A DNA stretch of 64,000 nucleotides from Flavobacteriia bacterium (GCA_947490145.1 CANLGD010000009.1:337-64336), one strand, 5' to 3'; counted from the first letter of the stretch, positions 1 through 10,008 are shown. Notes: generated by a model not told the origin, from the letters alone. A program made the numbers and translations.

Positions 1-1100
1 CCCAAGATACATTAATAACGCCTGCTGCTGATGCCGTAGCTACTATGTTTGTAGCTTGCGCACTTGCAGGTGCAGATAATGTTCTTAAATTAAACTCATT
101 ACCATAAGCTGTTCCTACAGAATTTGTAACATAAGCTCTTGCAAAATATTGTGTTTCGGCATTTAACCCACTTAATGAACTCGTGAAATTTGCAGTTCCT
201 GCACCATCATTAGTAATGAATATATTAGATGCTGTAGTTGGATTTGCACTCGTTCCAACAACTACACCTTTAGCAGTAATTGTTCCACCACCAGCGCTTA
301 TTGCTGTTCCCCCACTTGAGAAAGTAGCATTTGTTATTGAACTCGCTGCAGTGCTTGTTACACTCGGTAAAGCAACAGCTGTTTGACTAGTTGTTAGTGC
401 TCCACTTGTTAAATAATTGTATGTTGTGGCATTTGTTCCATCAAAAGTAAAGGGAACTATAAGAAAATTATATGTTGTACCACCAGTTAATCCTGAAATT
501 GAGGATGACACACTTGGTGCAGTAGGTAAAATTGTTGGCGCAATTGTTACCAATGTACCAACACCTGCTGCAGGTGCACTTCCATTCGCTGAGGAAAGAG
601 TTGGTGTTCCTGTAGCATAAATCAATGCATAACCAGCACTAGTTGCACCAGATCCAGGAAATGTAGCTGCATCCCAAGATACATTAATAACACCTGCTGC
701 TGATGCCGTAGCTACTATGTTTGTAGCTTGCGTAGTTACCGGTGCAGATAATGTTCTAAAATTAACTTCATTAGCATAAGCAGTACCCGTTGAATTGGTC
801 ACATAGGCTTTTGCAAAATATTGTGTTTGTGGATTTAATCCTGACAAAGTACTTGTAAAATTAGAAGTACCTGTCCCTTCATCAGTAACACTATTAGCAA
901 TTGTTGGTGCAGTTAAGGTGTGATAAGCGATACCTTTATTTGTAATTGCACTTCCAGTCAATGTTTGCCCACTTATATTTGCAGAATTATGATTAATTGA
1001 AGATGCTGCGGTAGTTGTTGTAATATTAAAAAGTGGAAGTAAAGAAGCATCATTTCCAATGCTATATATTTGTGCTCCAGATGCAAGACCAGTTGTTGCA
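1..1100. repeat. Tandem ~672-bp (224-codon) two-domain module inside the adhesin gene
   Basis: 1-60 and 673-732 are identical at 59 of 60 nt. The following parts (61-~400 vs 733-~1070) are clearly homologous but much more diverged by eye. Confidence 0.8.
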
Positions 1101-4100
1101 GTAATAGAAAATGGATCGCTTCCAGTTGGTGTACCGATACTTCCTCCTTCATAATTTGGACAATTTGCCCTCCCCAATTCTACCGGATTAGCCGCGTTGA
1201 AACTTGCAGCGTGATCGGCTGTGTTCCATTGAAAAACAACAGAGGAAGGAGCATTTGAACCATTTATACCCCAAGCAAGATTGATTACTTTAGTAGCGTC
1301 TGCTGGTGAACAAGCTAAGGTAGAAGAAACGTATGTTGCATAATTTGTTGAAGATCCAGCACTTAATGTGATAGGTGCATAAGATGTTGCAGTTCCTAAT
1401 GGGATTGTTTTAGCTGAAGAAACAGCATTCATTGTAACAGTTCCTGTTGCATCAGCAACAATATAGCTTGAACTTGAACCTGTGGTACTATTTACTAAAG
1501 TTAAGGCTTTGCCATCCGTTGTTAATTTTCCAGAAGTTAATGTAAGAGCGCCATTTATTACTTTAGCTGCTGAAAGGGTTAAGCCATCGCTGTTATCTAT
1601 AGTTAGGTTATTGATGGTTGAACCAGAAGTTGGCCAAGCTGCATAGCCTGCAGCAATACTTGTACCTTCTGTTCCATTAACAGTTGTTTGAGCAGATAAT
1701 GAATTATAAACTTCATTAATTGTTGGACCAGAACTTGTTTTGTAGAAGAAACGACGTCCCACTCCCCCAGATGCTGTTGATAGTGTACCACCAGAATGTG
1801 TGAATGTTTGAGTTGATGATCCGTCGAAGTAAACACCAGCAGAACCAGTGGTCACAGGACCAGTTGCACCTCTTGTGTATAACAAAGAACCTGAAGAAAC
1901 AGCTAAATTGCTTTTAACAAACAACCTACCCACATTAGAACCAGCACTTGTTGGATCTAAATCTATTGAACCACCTTGAATACTAACATTTCCTGTAATC
2001 GTTAATGTTGAAATAATTCCTCCAGCGCCACCATTATTTTGAATACGTGTGGAACCACTTGAAGTAGTAAATGTTCCACCTACGGCGCATGTTCCAGAAT
2101 TGGTGTTGCTTCTCCCAATTTCAAAAGTTCCACCTGTCTGTAAAGCATTATTTGTTACATTAAAAGTCATATTTTGTGATGCATTAGCTCCAGTTACATA
2201 AAAACTACCTGCATTTATCTCAAAACTGTTAACTGTAAGTGATCTAATTGTTGAACTATTTCCTAATGTTAAAATCCCAGTACCAGTACTCGCTATTTTA
2301 AAAAGACCACCTACAGACATAGAAGTTGGTTCTAACGCCATAGTGGTTGAAGTTTGTCCTGAACAGTTGTAAGTGAAATTTGAAAATGATTGATTTAAAC
2401 CACCTCCCAAAGTTGTTGTCCAACCAGTTACTTCACAAGTTGATCCACTTATCCATGTTGCAGTAGGAATTACAGTTCCAGCTTTTGCTTGTCTTAATAT
2501 TCCTCCATTTCTGACCGTAATTTGTCCATTTTGAGTTAAAGTACCCCCATTTTGCTCAAATACACCTGAAATATCCAAATCCACTCCAGGACCGTCATTC
2601 AAAATAGTTGTAAACTGACTCAATAATAGTGATCCCCCACTATTTACAATCACTTGGTCTATAGTTTCATTTGAATTTATGGTTACAGAATCTCCATGTA
2701 ATATTGTAATTGTTCCATAAGCGTTTGTCGGCGTTAAAGTAGCAGCCACCCAAGTTGCTCCTCCATCTAAACTTCTTTCCCATGTGCTTGTTGCACTCCA
2801 ATCTCCTGTTTGTTTTGATTGATACAAAATTGCTCTTGGTACGATTTCACCAGTACTTAATTGAGTTACTGCTCCGCCATTTATTGTAATTTGCGCCAAT
2901 TGAGCAGTTGTTAAACCACTTGCACTGTTTCCGACAAAAATTCTTCCACCTGTTCCCGTTTCACCAGCTGTACCACTCCAAGAAGTAATTGATAAAGTTT
3001 TACCAGACGTCCATGAAACAGCATCACTTGCTGCAAAATAAAGATTGTGAGCAGTAGCAGAACCAAAAACTAAACTTGAGTTTTCAAGCAGTGTTAAAGT
3101 TCCCATGTTTGTTGAACTTACAACTCCTTCAGAGCGAGCAGTACCTGTGTTCAAGGTGCCTCCACCAAAAATAACGCCACCACCTGTTGCTGCAACTGGA
3201 ATTGCATTGTTAATTCCTAGGGTTAATGTTCCTCCATTTAATCGAGTATATCCTCCATAAGTATTTGCAGCACCTAAAGTCAAAGTACCCGCTGCTGATG
3301 CACCAATAATTAAATTTGAACCACTCCCGCTTATAATACCATTAAATGTATTAACTCCAGTATTTCCAAGTGTAATAGTTCTGGTCGTTGAGGCTCCTAA
3401 ATTTACCGTACCTGCAAAAGTTAAATTTCCTGTACCTGCAGATAAAACTGAAGCATCACCCAATTTAAAATCAGAATTTATTGTTATGGAACCTGTATTT
3501 GGAATTCTATTAGATGAACTACTAGATGAAAGTGTTCCACCATTTATAGTTAATGGCCCTGAACCAAATCCATTTACTCCAGCCCATGCAAGAACTCCCG
3601 AATTTAAAGTAACTCCAGCAGGTAAAGTAGAAGCTGTTGAACTACCACTAGATAAAATACCGTCCCCATTTTTTACTAAACCACTACCTGCTGATGTTGA
3701 GAAACTAACATTAGTTTGAAGTGAAAATGTTTTACTAGTTGCAACATTAAATGTTGCAATTCCTCCACCTGAAGCACCAGTTCCTATTGTTACACCGCTA
3801 ACAGACGAAAGAGTTACATTTTCATTAGCTGTAATTGAGGATACATTAGTAGCCGCACCGGTTATTGCACTACTAGCCACATTAAATATTGCTGCCCTTC
3901 CTGATGTCCAAGTTTGGTTGGCTGTACCTCCAGAAGTTAATGACCACTTATTAGCTGCATCCCAAGTTCCAGAACCTCCCCAATAAAGAGCTGCGATGGT
4001 TGCAGTTGGAACTAATTCACCAGTACTAAGCAAAGTTGCTTGATAATAATTCGTTCCATCGAAAAATGTTATTTGAGATAATTGAGTTGCCGTTAATCCA

Positions 4101-6130
4101 CTTGCGTTGCTTCCGATAAATATTCTACCAGATGTACCAGCAGTACCATTATAAGACCCAGCCCAATTTGTAATATTAATAGTTGCTGCTGCTGTCCATG
4201 ATGCATCATTACTTGCTGCAAATGTCAAGGTATGAGCTGTAGCACTTAACTTAAGAGTTGAAGAAGCTGTTAGACCTAGTGTAGAAACAGACGATATAGT
4301 TCTATTAGTTACTATTGAAGTAGTAGAAAGTGTTCCTCCATTCAAAACAATTGGTGAAGCAAAAGTGGCTCCAGTTGATGAAGGATTTAATCGTAACTCT
4401 GACCCAGAATTTACAGTTGTTGTCCCAGAATAATTATTTGCATTGTGCTCTAAAGTAACCATGGTTGCATTTGAAATCAAACCACCTGTATTTGTCAATC
4501 TACCACTTAAAACAACCGTTCCAGTTCCACTAACAGTTAAAGTTCCATCTAAATAAATTTCATTGCTAAATGTAGCCGTTCCTGAAGCTCCACTTAAACC
4601 AATTGTTCTTGTTGCAGAGGTCGTATTAGTGGCAACGTAAATAGATTGAGGAACAGTTATACCAGTCGTTGCTAAAACTGAAACGTTACTTGCTTGCGGA
4701 ACATCACCCACATTTAGTCCAAGGTCAATTCCACGCGCAGTTGTAGAATTATTTGTCCCTAATCCTGCGTTATTTGAAACGATGACAGTACCATCACCTA
4801 TTTGAGTTTGCCCTACATAAGTTCCTGCTCCTGATAATCTTAGTGTTCCCGGACCTGATTTACCTATTTTAGTTGTATTATTTGCTCCAGAAGCTGTATT
4901 TAAATTTGTCAAGGTAAAAGTTTGCGCAGAAGCTACATTAATAACTCCCGCAGTGGAAGCATCTGTAACATTTAAAGTGGTTCTTGAAAAACTCCCTGTT
5001 GTATTTAAAGTTCCTACTGTTGAACCATTTCCAATTGTTATAGCACCTGTTGCATTACCAAGATTGGCAGCAGCTGAAGCTGTTAAAGTACCAGATAATA
5101 ATCTAGTTCCACCTGAATAAGTATTTGTACCAGACAAAACAACTGTTCCTAATCCATCACTTAAAACAGCACCACCTCCTGAAATTACACCCGAAAAAGT
5201 TGTTGTCCCTCCACTATTTAACGCACTTAAATATAGACCACCAGTGGTACTACTATTTGTAATAGCTCCAGAAAAAGTATTTGTACCAGAAGTATTTAAA
5301 CCACCTAAATAACGTGTTGTTGCATTTCCATCGTTTATGGTAATAGGTCTTGTAAACGAGGTACCTCCGGTAGCATTTGACAACCAAAATTTAGCAACAT
5401 TTGCCATCTGCCCTCCATTTCCAACGAATATCGAACTTCCCGCGGCAATTGAACCGCTTTCTATCCAAAGTTCTCCATTATCAATTTGTGTTTGACCGGT
5501 GTAAGTATGAGTAGCATTTAATTTTACAACACCAAATTGCGATACATTTAGAGCTCCTGTACCTGATAAAACACCTGTTAAGCGTATAAAACGATTTGTA
5601 GCATCAACAGCAGCATTATTTCCATAAATCTGAATAGTTCTTCCATTATTATTAAGAAGACCTCCAAAGGCAATTGAGCCTGTATTTGCCACTAGCTCTA
5701 AGTTAATACCTGTAGTTGTACTTGCATTAAGTGGAAAATTGATTGTATGTAAAATATTAGTCGCATCATTCTGAATTCTTGGCCATGTACCACCATAATC
5801 ATAAAAAGTATTTGCAGTTGCTCCACCGATAGTTCTTGCTACAGCGCCTGTGTTTCCAAAAGTTATTTTAAAACGATTTGTTGCTGTTAAATTATTTGTC
5901 ATTGTCGTTCCAACGCTTCCATCAAAAAATAAAATATCACCTCCACTAGGGACAGCACCGGCTGACCCATTCCAAAAATAAAAGGGAACTGTACTTGTCC
6001 AAGACGCATTGTTCCCTGGGGATTGATCATTTCTCCAATAAAAGGTTGTTTGAGAATATGAAAAATTAAAACTTACTACTAATAGCAGAACAATTGAAAT
6101 TCTAGCTATAAAATTTTGAACGTTTACCAT
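1..6130 (-). CDS. Giant secreted repeat protein (adhesin-like), N-terminal ~2043 codons; the 3' end lies beyond the window
   Basis: Hand translation of the reverse complement from ATG 6130-6128 stays open to position 1. It is not in the ORF track because no stop codon lies in the window. The N-terminus MVNVQNFIARISIVLLLVVSFNFSYSQ looks like a Sec signal. The body is G/T/S/N-rich with many autotransporter-associated beta-strand (PATR-type) signatures, e.g. GTVVLSGTNTYSGGTRLLSGTL, GPGTLRLSGAGTYVGQTQIGDGTV, GTLTLGAANTYGGYTRLNGGTL. The distal part (1-1100) reads as Fn3/Ig-like modules (e.g. VINVSWDAATFPGSGATSAGYALIYATG). Confidence 0.85.
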   Translation of the reverse strand, partial: MVNVQNFIARISIVLLLVVSFNFSYSQTTFYWRNDQSPGNNASWTSTVPFYFWNGSAGAVPSGGDILFFDGSVGTTMTNNLTATNRFKITFGNTGAVARTIGGATANTFYDYGGTWPRIQNDATNILHTINFPLNASTTTGINLELVANTGSIAFGGLLNNNGRTIQIYGNNAAVDATNRFIRLTGVLSGTGALNVSQFGVVKLNATHTYTGQTQIDNGELWIESGSIAAGSSIFVGNGGQMANVAKFWLSNATGGTSFTRPITINDGNATTRYLGGLNTSGTNTFSGAITNSSTTGGLYLSALNSGGTTTFSGVISGGGAVLSDGLGTVVLSGTNTYSGGTRLLSGTLTASAAANLGNATGAITIGNGSTVGTLNTTGSFSRTTLNVTDASTAGVINVASAQTFTLTNLNTASGANNTTKIGKSGPGTLRLSGAGTYVGQTQIGDGTVIVSNNAGLGTNNSTTARGIDLGLNVGDVPQASNVSVLATTGITVPQSIYVATNTTSATRTIGLSGASGTATFSNEIYLDGTLTVSGTGTVVLSGRLTNTGGLISNATMVTLEHNANNYSGTTTVNSGSELRLNPSSTGATFASPIVLNGGTLSTTSIVTNRTISSVSTLGLTASSTLKLSATAHTLTFAASNDASWTAAATINITNWAGSYNGTAGTSGRIFIGSNASGLTATQLSQITFFDGTNYYQATLLSTGELVPTATIAALYWGGSGTWDAANKWSLTSGGTANQTWTSGRAAIFNVASSAITGAATNVSSITANENVTLSSVSGVTIGTGASGGGIATFNVATSKTFSLQTNVSFSTSAGSGLVKNGDGILSSGSSTASTLPAGVTLNSGVLAWAGVNGFGSGPLTINGGTLSSSSSSNRIPNTGSITINSDFKLGDASVLSAGTGNLTFAGTVNLGASTTRTITLGNTGVNTFNGIISGSGSNLIIGASAAGTLTLGAANTYGGYTRLNGGTLTLGINNAIPVAATGGGVIFGGGTLNTGTARSEGVVSSTNMGTLTLLENSSLVFGSATAHNLYFAASDAVSWTSGKTLSITSWSGTAGETGTGGRIFVGNSASGLTTAQLAQITINGGAVTQLSTGEIVPRAILYQSKQTGDWSATSTWERSLDGGATWVAATLTPTNAYGTITILHGDSVTINSNETIDQVIVNSGGSLLLSQFTTILNDGPGVDLDISGVFEQNGGTLTQNGQITVRNGGILRQAKAGTVIPTATWISGSTCEVTGWTTTLGGGLNQSFSNFTYNCSGQTSTTMALEPTSMSVGGLFKIASTGTGILTLGNSSTIRSLTVNSFEINAGSFYVTGANASQNMTFNVTNNALQTGGTFEIGRSNTNSGTCAVGGTFTTSSGSTRIQNNGGAGGIISTLTITGNVSIQGGSIDLDPTSAGSNVGRLFVKSNLAVSSGSLLYTRGATGPVTTGSAGVYFDGSSTQTFTHSGGTLSTASGGVGRRFFYKTSSGPTINEVYNSLSAQTTVNGTEGTSIAAGYAAWPTSGSTINNLTIDNSDGLTLSAAKVINGALTLTSGKLTTDGKALTLVNSTTGSSSSYIVADATGTVTMNAVSSAKTIPLGTATSYAPITLSAGSSTNYATYVSSTLACSPADATKVINLAWGINGSNAPSSVVFQWNTADHAASFNAANPVELGRANCPNYEGGSIGTPTGSDPFSITATTGLASGAQIYSIGNDASLLPLFNITTTTAASSINHNSANISGQTLTGSAITNKGIAYHTLTAPTIANSVTDEGTGTSNFTSTLSGLNPQTQYFAKAYVTNSTGTAYANEVNFRTLSAPVTTQATNIVATASAAGVINVSWDAATFPGSGATSAGYALIYATGTPTLSSANGSAPAAGVGTLVTIAPTILPTAPSVSSSISGLTGGTTYNFLIVPFTFDGTNATTYNYLTSGALTTSQTAVALPSVTSTAASSITNATFSSGGTAISAGGGTITAKGVVVGTSANPTTASNIFITNDGAGTANFTSSLSGLNAETQYFARAYVTNSVGTAYGNEFNLRTLSAPASAQATNIVATASAAGVINVSW

Positions 6131-6766
6131 AACACACTGAAATAAAAATAATTGAATCTTAAAAAAATATTTAATATCTAAAGCAAAATTAAACTAAAAA
6201 TTTTAAATACACAACTTGAAATGAATATTTATGAAATATCTAAAAATATTTATCAACAAGTATAGAGATAAATAGTTTTAGCTCCGCATCCTGTTGGATT
6301 TTTCAATTGACTATTTTTGTAATTTATTTCTTCAAAACTTTAAATTGTTTTGTATTATTTTCTTGTTTTACGATTAAATGATTTACTTACGCTCCTATCT
6401 TACCGCTAAAAATAAACTGAATGCAAAAATCTAATTTTTGTTCTTTTTCATTATTCATAAGTGCATGAGAACGCATGGCTTTGTTACGAAAAATAACCAA
6501 GAATCTACAAAAGTGTGTGAAAAGGACAGATAGCTCAACTTAGTGTGAAAGATGTGAGGTCGTCAATTGCATAAAAATACAGCACCTTTCAACAAAAGAC
6601 GCTAAAAAATCAAAACCCTCCGCCAAGGCGAATTAAACACTTGATTTTTAAACGCTTACTTTTTGAAAAAGATGCCAGATTTACGTTTTCGAGGCACGAT
6701 TTAACGAACTAAACCATAATTCATTTTAAAAAATATATCCTTTTGGCAACAGTGAGATTAAGGAAA

Positions 6767-9157
6767 TTATTTTTTTGAAAATCGACTAAAAAAACTTTTT
6801 CTTTTCTTTCTTTGATTTTCACTACCATAGCCATAACCATAGCCATAACCGTAGCCATAACCATAACCTTTTTGTTCTTCCGAACCATTTAAGAGAATTG
6901 ACACATTTGAAAGTTTTTTTTCATTAATTAAACTTTCGGGCACCCTTAAAAAACGTTTATCAAGGTAATTTACCCTGACAACATAGACAAATGCATCAGA
7001 AAAGTCATTTAACAGTAAAGTATCTGCAACCATTCCAACTGGAGCGGTATCAACAACAATATAATCGTATTTTTTTCTAGCATACTCAAATATTTGTTTG
7101 ATTTTTTCATCCATTAACATTTCTGCCGGATTTGGCGGAATTGCCCCGCTGGGTAAAATATCAAGGTTATCTATTTTTTCACTTTTTATTATTATATCTT
7201 CTAGCTTTAACTCTGGATCAATGATAAAATTAGTAATTCCAATTTGCTCTTCAATCTCTAAATATTTTAATATTTTCGGTGCTCTCAAATCCATTTCCAC
7301 AACTAAGACTTTTTTATTTGAAATTGCATAAGTCGCTGCCAAATTTAGGGCAATGAATGACTTGCCTTCTTTACTTAATGTAGAACTTACAAAGACAGTT
7401 TTCCCGCCCTCAACCTTTTTGGTGAGTATAAAGTTTAAATGTGTTCTAACTAACCTGAATGATTCAGAAATACTCGAATTTTCTTTAATTCCGGAAATAA
7501 CCTTTGACTCAGAAGTAGTGTAAGGAATATCTCCTAAAAAAGGTGCTTTCAATCTATCTAAATCTTTTTTAGTATGCACTTTAGTATCCAGTAAATCTTT
7601 AAAATAAATAAAAACTATTGGTAAAATAAAACCGATAAATAATGCAATCAAGAAAATAGTTCTTTTCTGAGAAGAAACTTTATTTCCATTTCCATAAGCA
7701 TCATTTATTACCTTTGCATTTGCTACCGTTACTGCTAAAGCAATGGCTGTTTCTTCTCTTTTTTGGAGTAAGTATAAATAAAGAGACTCTTTAATTTGTT
7801 GTTGCCTTTCAATTGTTCTATATTCTCTTTCAAATTTTGGTATTGAAGCAATTTTTGCATCATTTTCATTTTCTTTTCTATTGTAAGCTTTTAATTTTAA
7901 AACTAAAGGAGTTTTTAAATTACTTAAACTTTCTTTAATGCTTCTTTGCAATCCCGATAATTGCTCATCTAAATTTATTACGACAGGATTTTTATCACCT
8001 GCACTTTTTGACAGTCTATTTTTCTCTAAAACCAATTGGTTGTATTGTTCTGTCAAAATATTGATTGAAGGATCATTAATACCAATATTTGAGGGGATTA
8101 ATTGTTTCTCATTTTTCAAAGAAACAACATAATCGAACATGTATTCAGTCAGTTTTAATTGCGTGTTTGTTTCTAGAATTTGCTTCTCATAATGTGATTC
8201 TGTTTCAAGGAATAAATCTGATTCAGAAACAACATTTAGCATGTTATTTTTTGACTTAAAAATCTCAGCATCTGTTTCAACCACAGTTAACTCTTTAGAA
8301 ATTAACTGCATCCGTTCATTAATAAATTCTGAAGTATTTTTTGCAACTTGATTTTTATCATAAATTGCATCTTCCGTATGCTGTTTGATTAAACAATTTA
8401 AAATATCAACTGCTTTTTCTTTATTTGTATCTCTAAGACTTAACTGAATAACATTTGAATTTGGATTTACATTTTCAATATTAATGGAAGAAATGTATTG
8501 ATCAATAACAGCATCTAAGGAGTTTATTACAACTAGGATGTTAGAACCGTTCCAAAGTTTTCTATTTATTTGTGCAGGAGTTAAGACAAATTTTCCGTAA
8601 GGTGTCTGAATCGTTTTTCCAAATTCATATTTTCCAATAGTCTTACCTTCCAAATTAGAAATTTGAAACCATGATTCTGAAATTATTTTAATTCTGAAAG
8701 ATGCGCTCTGTTCACTATCCCAACCTTCATTTTCAATTGCACTGATAACTACTGGTGGATGTTTGTAATGCTCAACAGCAACAGGACCTTCTTCTGTTAA
8801 ATATTGGATTCTTAAATTTAATTCTTCAACAACTTTTTTAATTAGGCCTCTAGATTTTAAAATTTCAATTTCATTGTCAATATTTTTGCTTGAATTTAAG
8901 ATATCTAAATCGTTAAAGGCTGAAATTTCAGAAAATGCACCATCTTTTTCATTGTCTTTAATTAATATGGAGGCTGTAACTTCATAAAGTGCAATGTTGT
9001 ATCTCGATTTGTAATAAGCAATACTTAAACACGTTAAAATTGACAACACAAACCATTTCCAAAAAGCTTTATACTTATCAAAAACATCCCTAAAATTTGT
9101 TTGATTCTCGAATTGGTTCTCAAATTGAAAATCAGCTATTTTTTCTTCTGTTGTCAT
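6767..9157 (-). CDS. wzc: Polysaccharide co-polymerase / tyrosine autokinase (Wzc-like, PCP-2a type)
   Basis: 796-aa ORF. It has an N-terminal Wzz/GumC-type region with TM segments (WFVLSILTCLSIAYY; IFLIALFIGFILPIVFIYF) and a long coiled-coil-like middle. The C-terminal P-loop kinase domain carries Walker A-like VSSTLSKEGKSF and Walker B-like YIVVDTAP. A Gly-Tyr repeat tail is encoded at 6824-6868. Confidence 0.9.
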   Translation of the reverse strand: MTTEEKIADFQFENQFENQTNFRDVFDKYKAFWKWFVLSILTCLSIAYYKSRYNIALYEVTASILIKDNEKDGAFSEISAFNDLDILNSSKNIDNEIEILKSRGLIKKVVEELNLRIQYLTEEGPVAVEHYKHPPVVISAIENEGWDSEQSASFRIKIISESWFQISNLEGKTIGKYEFGKTIQTPYGKFVLTPAQINRKLWNGSNILVVINSLDAVIDQYISSINIENVNPNSNVIQLSLRDTNKEKAVDILNCLIKQHTEDAIYDKNQVAKNTSEFINERMQLISKELTVVETDAEIFKSKNNMLNVVSESDLFLETESHYEKQILETNTQLKLTEYMFDYVVSLKNEKQLIPSNIGINDPSINILTEQYNQLVLEKNRLSKSAGDKNPVVINLDEQLSGLQRSIKESLSNLKTPLVLKLKAYNRKENENDAKIASIPKFEREYRTIERQQQIKESLYLYLLQKREETAIALAVTVANAKVINDAYGNGNKVSSQKRTIFLIALFIGFILPIVFIYFKDLLDTKVHTKKDLDRLKAPFLGDIPYTTSESKVISGIKENSSISESFRLVRTHLNFILTKKVEGGKTVFVSSTLSKEGKSFIALNLAATYAISNKKVLVVEMDLRAPKILKYLEIEEQIGITNFIIDPELKLEDIIIKSEKIDNLDILPSGAIPPNPAEMLMDEKIKQIFEYARKKYDYIVVDTAPVGMVADTLLLNDFSDAFVYVVRVNYLDKRFLRVPESLINEKKLSNVSILLNGSEEQKGYGYGYGYGYGYGYGSENQRKKRKSFFSRFSKK

Positions 9158-9158
9158 T

Positions 9159-9950
9159 TTATCTTGTTAAAAGAATTGTTAAGGTTGTTATCACAAGTGA
9201 AATTAAAGATACTGTGATAGAAAAAAATGAACCTACCATAGATGAATTGGCTTTTGCACGATTTGGCTGGACATAAACCACATCATTTTGACGCAAATAA
9301 AAAGCTTCAGAATTTAATGCTTTTTTGGAGGTCAAGTCCAGTCTTATTTCTTTTTTCTTTTCGCCATCTTCTCTAATCACTAAAATATTTTTCCTGACAG
9401 CAGTATTTGTTAAATCGCCGGCAAATCCGAGAGCCTGCAATATTGAAATTCGGTCATCATTCACTTTGAACGTGCCAGGAACTTTTACATCGCCCAAAAC
9501 CGTTATTGAAAAATTTTCAATTGAAACTGTGATTACTGCATCAGAAACATATTCTTTTAATTTTCCTGCCAAAAGTTCTTTCACTTCAAACTTTGTTAAT
9601 CCTTCTAATTTTATTTTTCCTAAAACAGGAAAATCGATTTCACCAAGATGATTTATCAAATACGTTTTTTTTACTATATTTTCAGAATTATTATTTGATT
9701 TATTTGAGCTTAAATCAAAATATAATTGATTAAAAGGTTTAACAGCCTCCAAATTTAATGATGAAATTGAGATTGTCAATACATCGTTCTTTTTTAATAC
9801 TGGCGAGTAGAAAAAAGGAGAAATTGAATCATTTGCTTGCCCCTCATTATTATTAAAATAAGCTATTTTTTCAATATTTTTGCAAGAAAAAGTTAAAGAA
9901 ACGAGAAGATAAAGTGTTGGTAAAAATCTAAAATATTTTTTAAAAAACAT
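9159..9950 (-). CDS. wza: Polysaccharide export outer-membrane protein (Wza-like; Poly_export + SLBB)
   Basis: 263 aa with a lipoprotein-like signal (LVSLTFSC). Typical export-protein segment GEIDFPVLGKIKLEGLTKFEVKELLAGKLKEYV and an SLBB-like C-terminal half. Its stop lies 1 nt from the wzc start. Confidence 0.85.
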   Translation of the reverse strand: MFFKKYFRFLPTLYLLVSLTFSCKNIEKIAYFNNNEGQANDSISPFFYSPVLKKNDVLTISISSLNLEAVKPFNQLYFDLSSNKSNNNSENIVKKTYLINHLGEIDFPVLGKIKLEGLTKFEVKELLAGKLKEYVSDAVITVSIENFSITVLGDVKVPGTFKVNDDRISILQALGFAGDLTNTAVRKNILVIREDGEKKKEIRLDLTSKKALNSEAFYLRQNDVVYVQPNRAKANSSMVGSFFSITVSLISLVITTLTILLTR

Positions 9951-9975
9951 AAGTGAATAAAGTATAAATCGTGTT

Positions 9976-9983
9976 CAAAGGTA
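9976..9983 (-). promoter_or_regulatory. Candidate Bacteroidota -7 promoter box (TACCTTTG) for wza-wzc
   Basis: The reverse complement of caaaggta matches the TAnnTTTG consensus, 25 nt upstream of the wza ATG. It sits in the only sizeable gap (149 bp) inside the locus. Confidence 0.35.
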
Positions 9984-10008
9984 ATAATAATAAATAAATT
10001 TTAGCTAA

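Noticed and set aside
183-3719. Track ORFs inside the adhesin region: 183-386 (+), 417-620 (+), 1070-1258 (+), 1603-1836 (-), 3486-3719 (+)
   Set aside because: All lie antisense to, or out of frame with, a continuous 6.1-kb reading frame that has strong repeat-protein character. They are short (62-77 aa), compositionally odd, and best explained as shadow ORFs.
6520-6580. tRNA-like fragment (GATAGCTCAACTTAG ... GAGGTCGTCAATTGC)
   Set aside because: The D-arm-like TAGCTCAA has no complementary GAGC partner, there is no GGTTCGAATCC-type T-loop, and no cloverleaf can be drawn. At most it is a very decayed relic.
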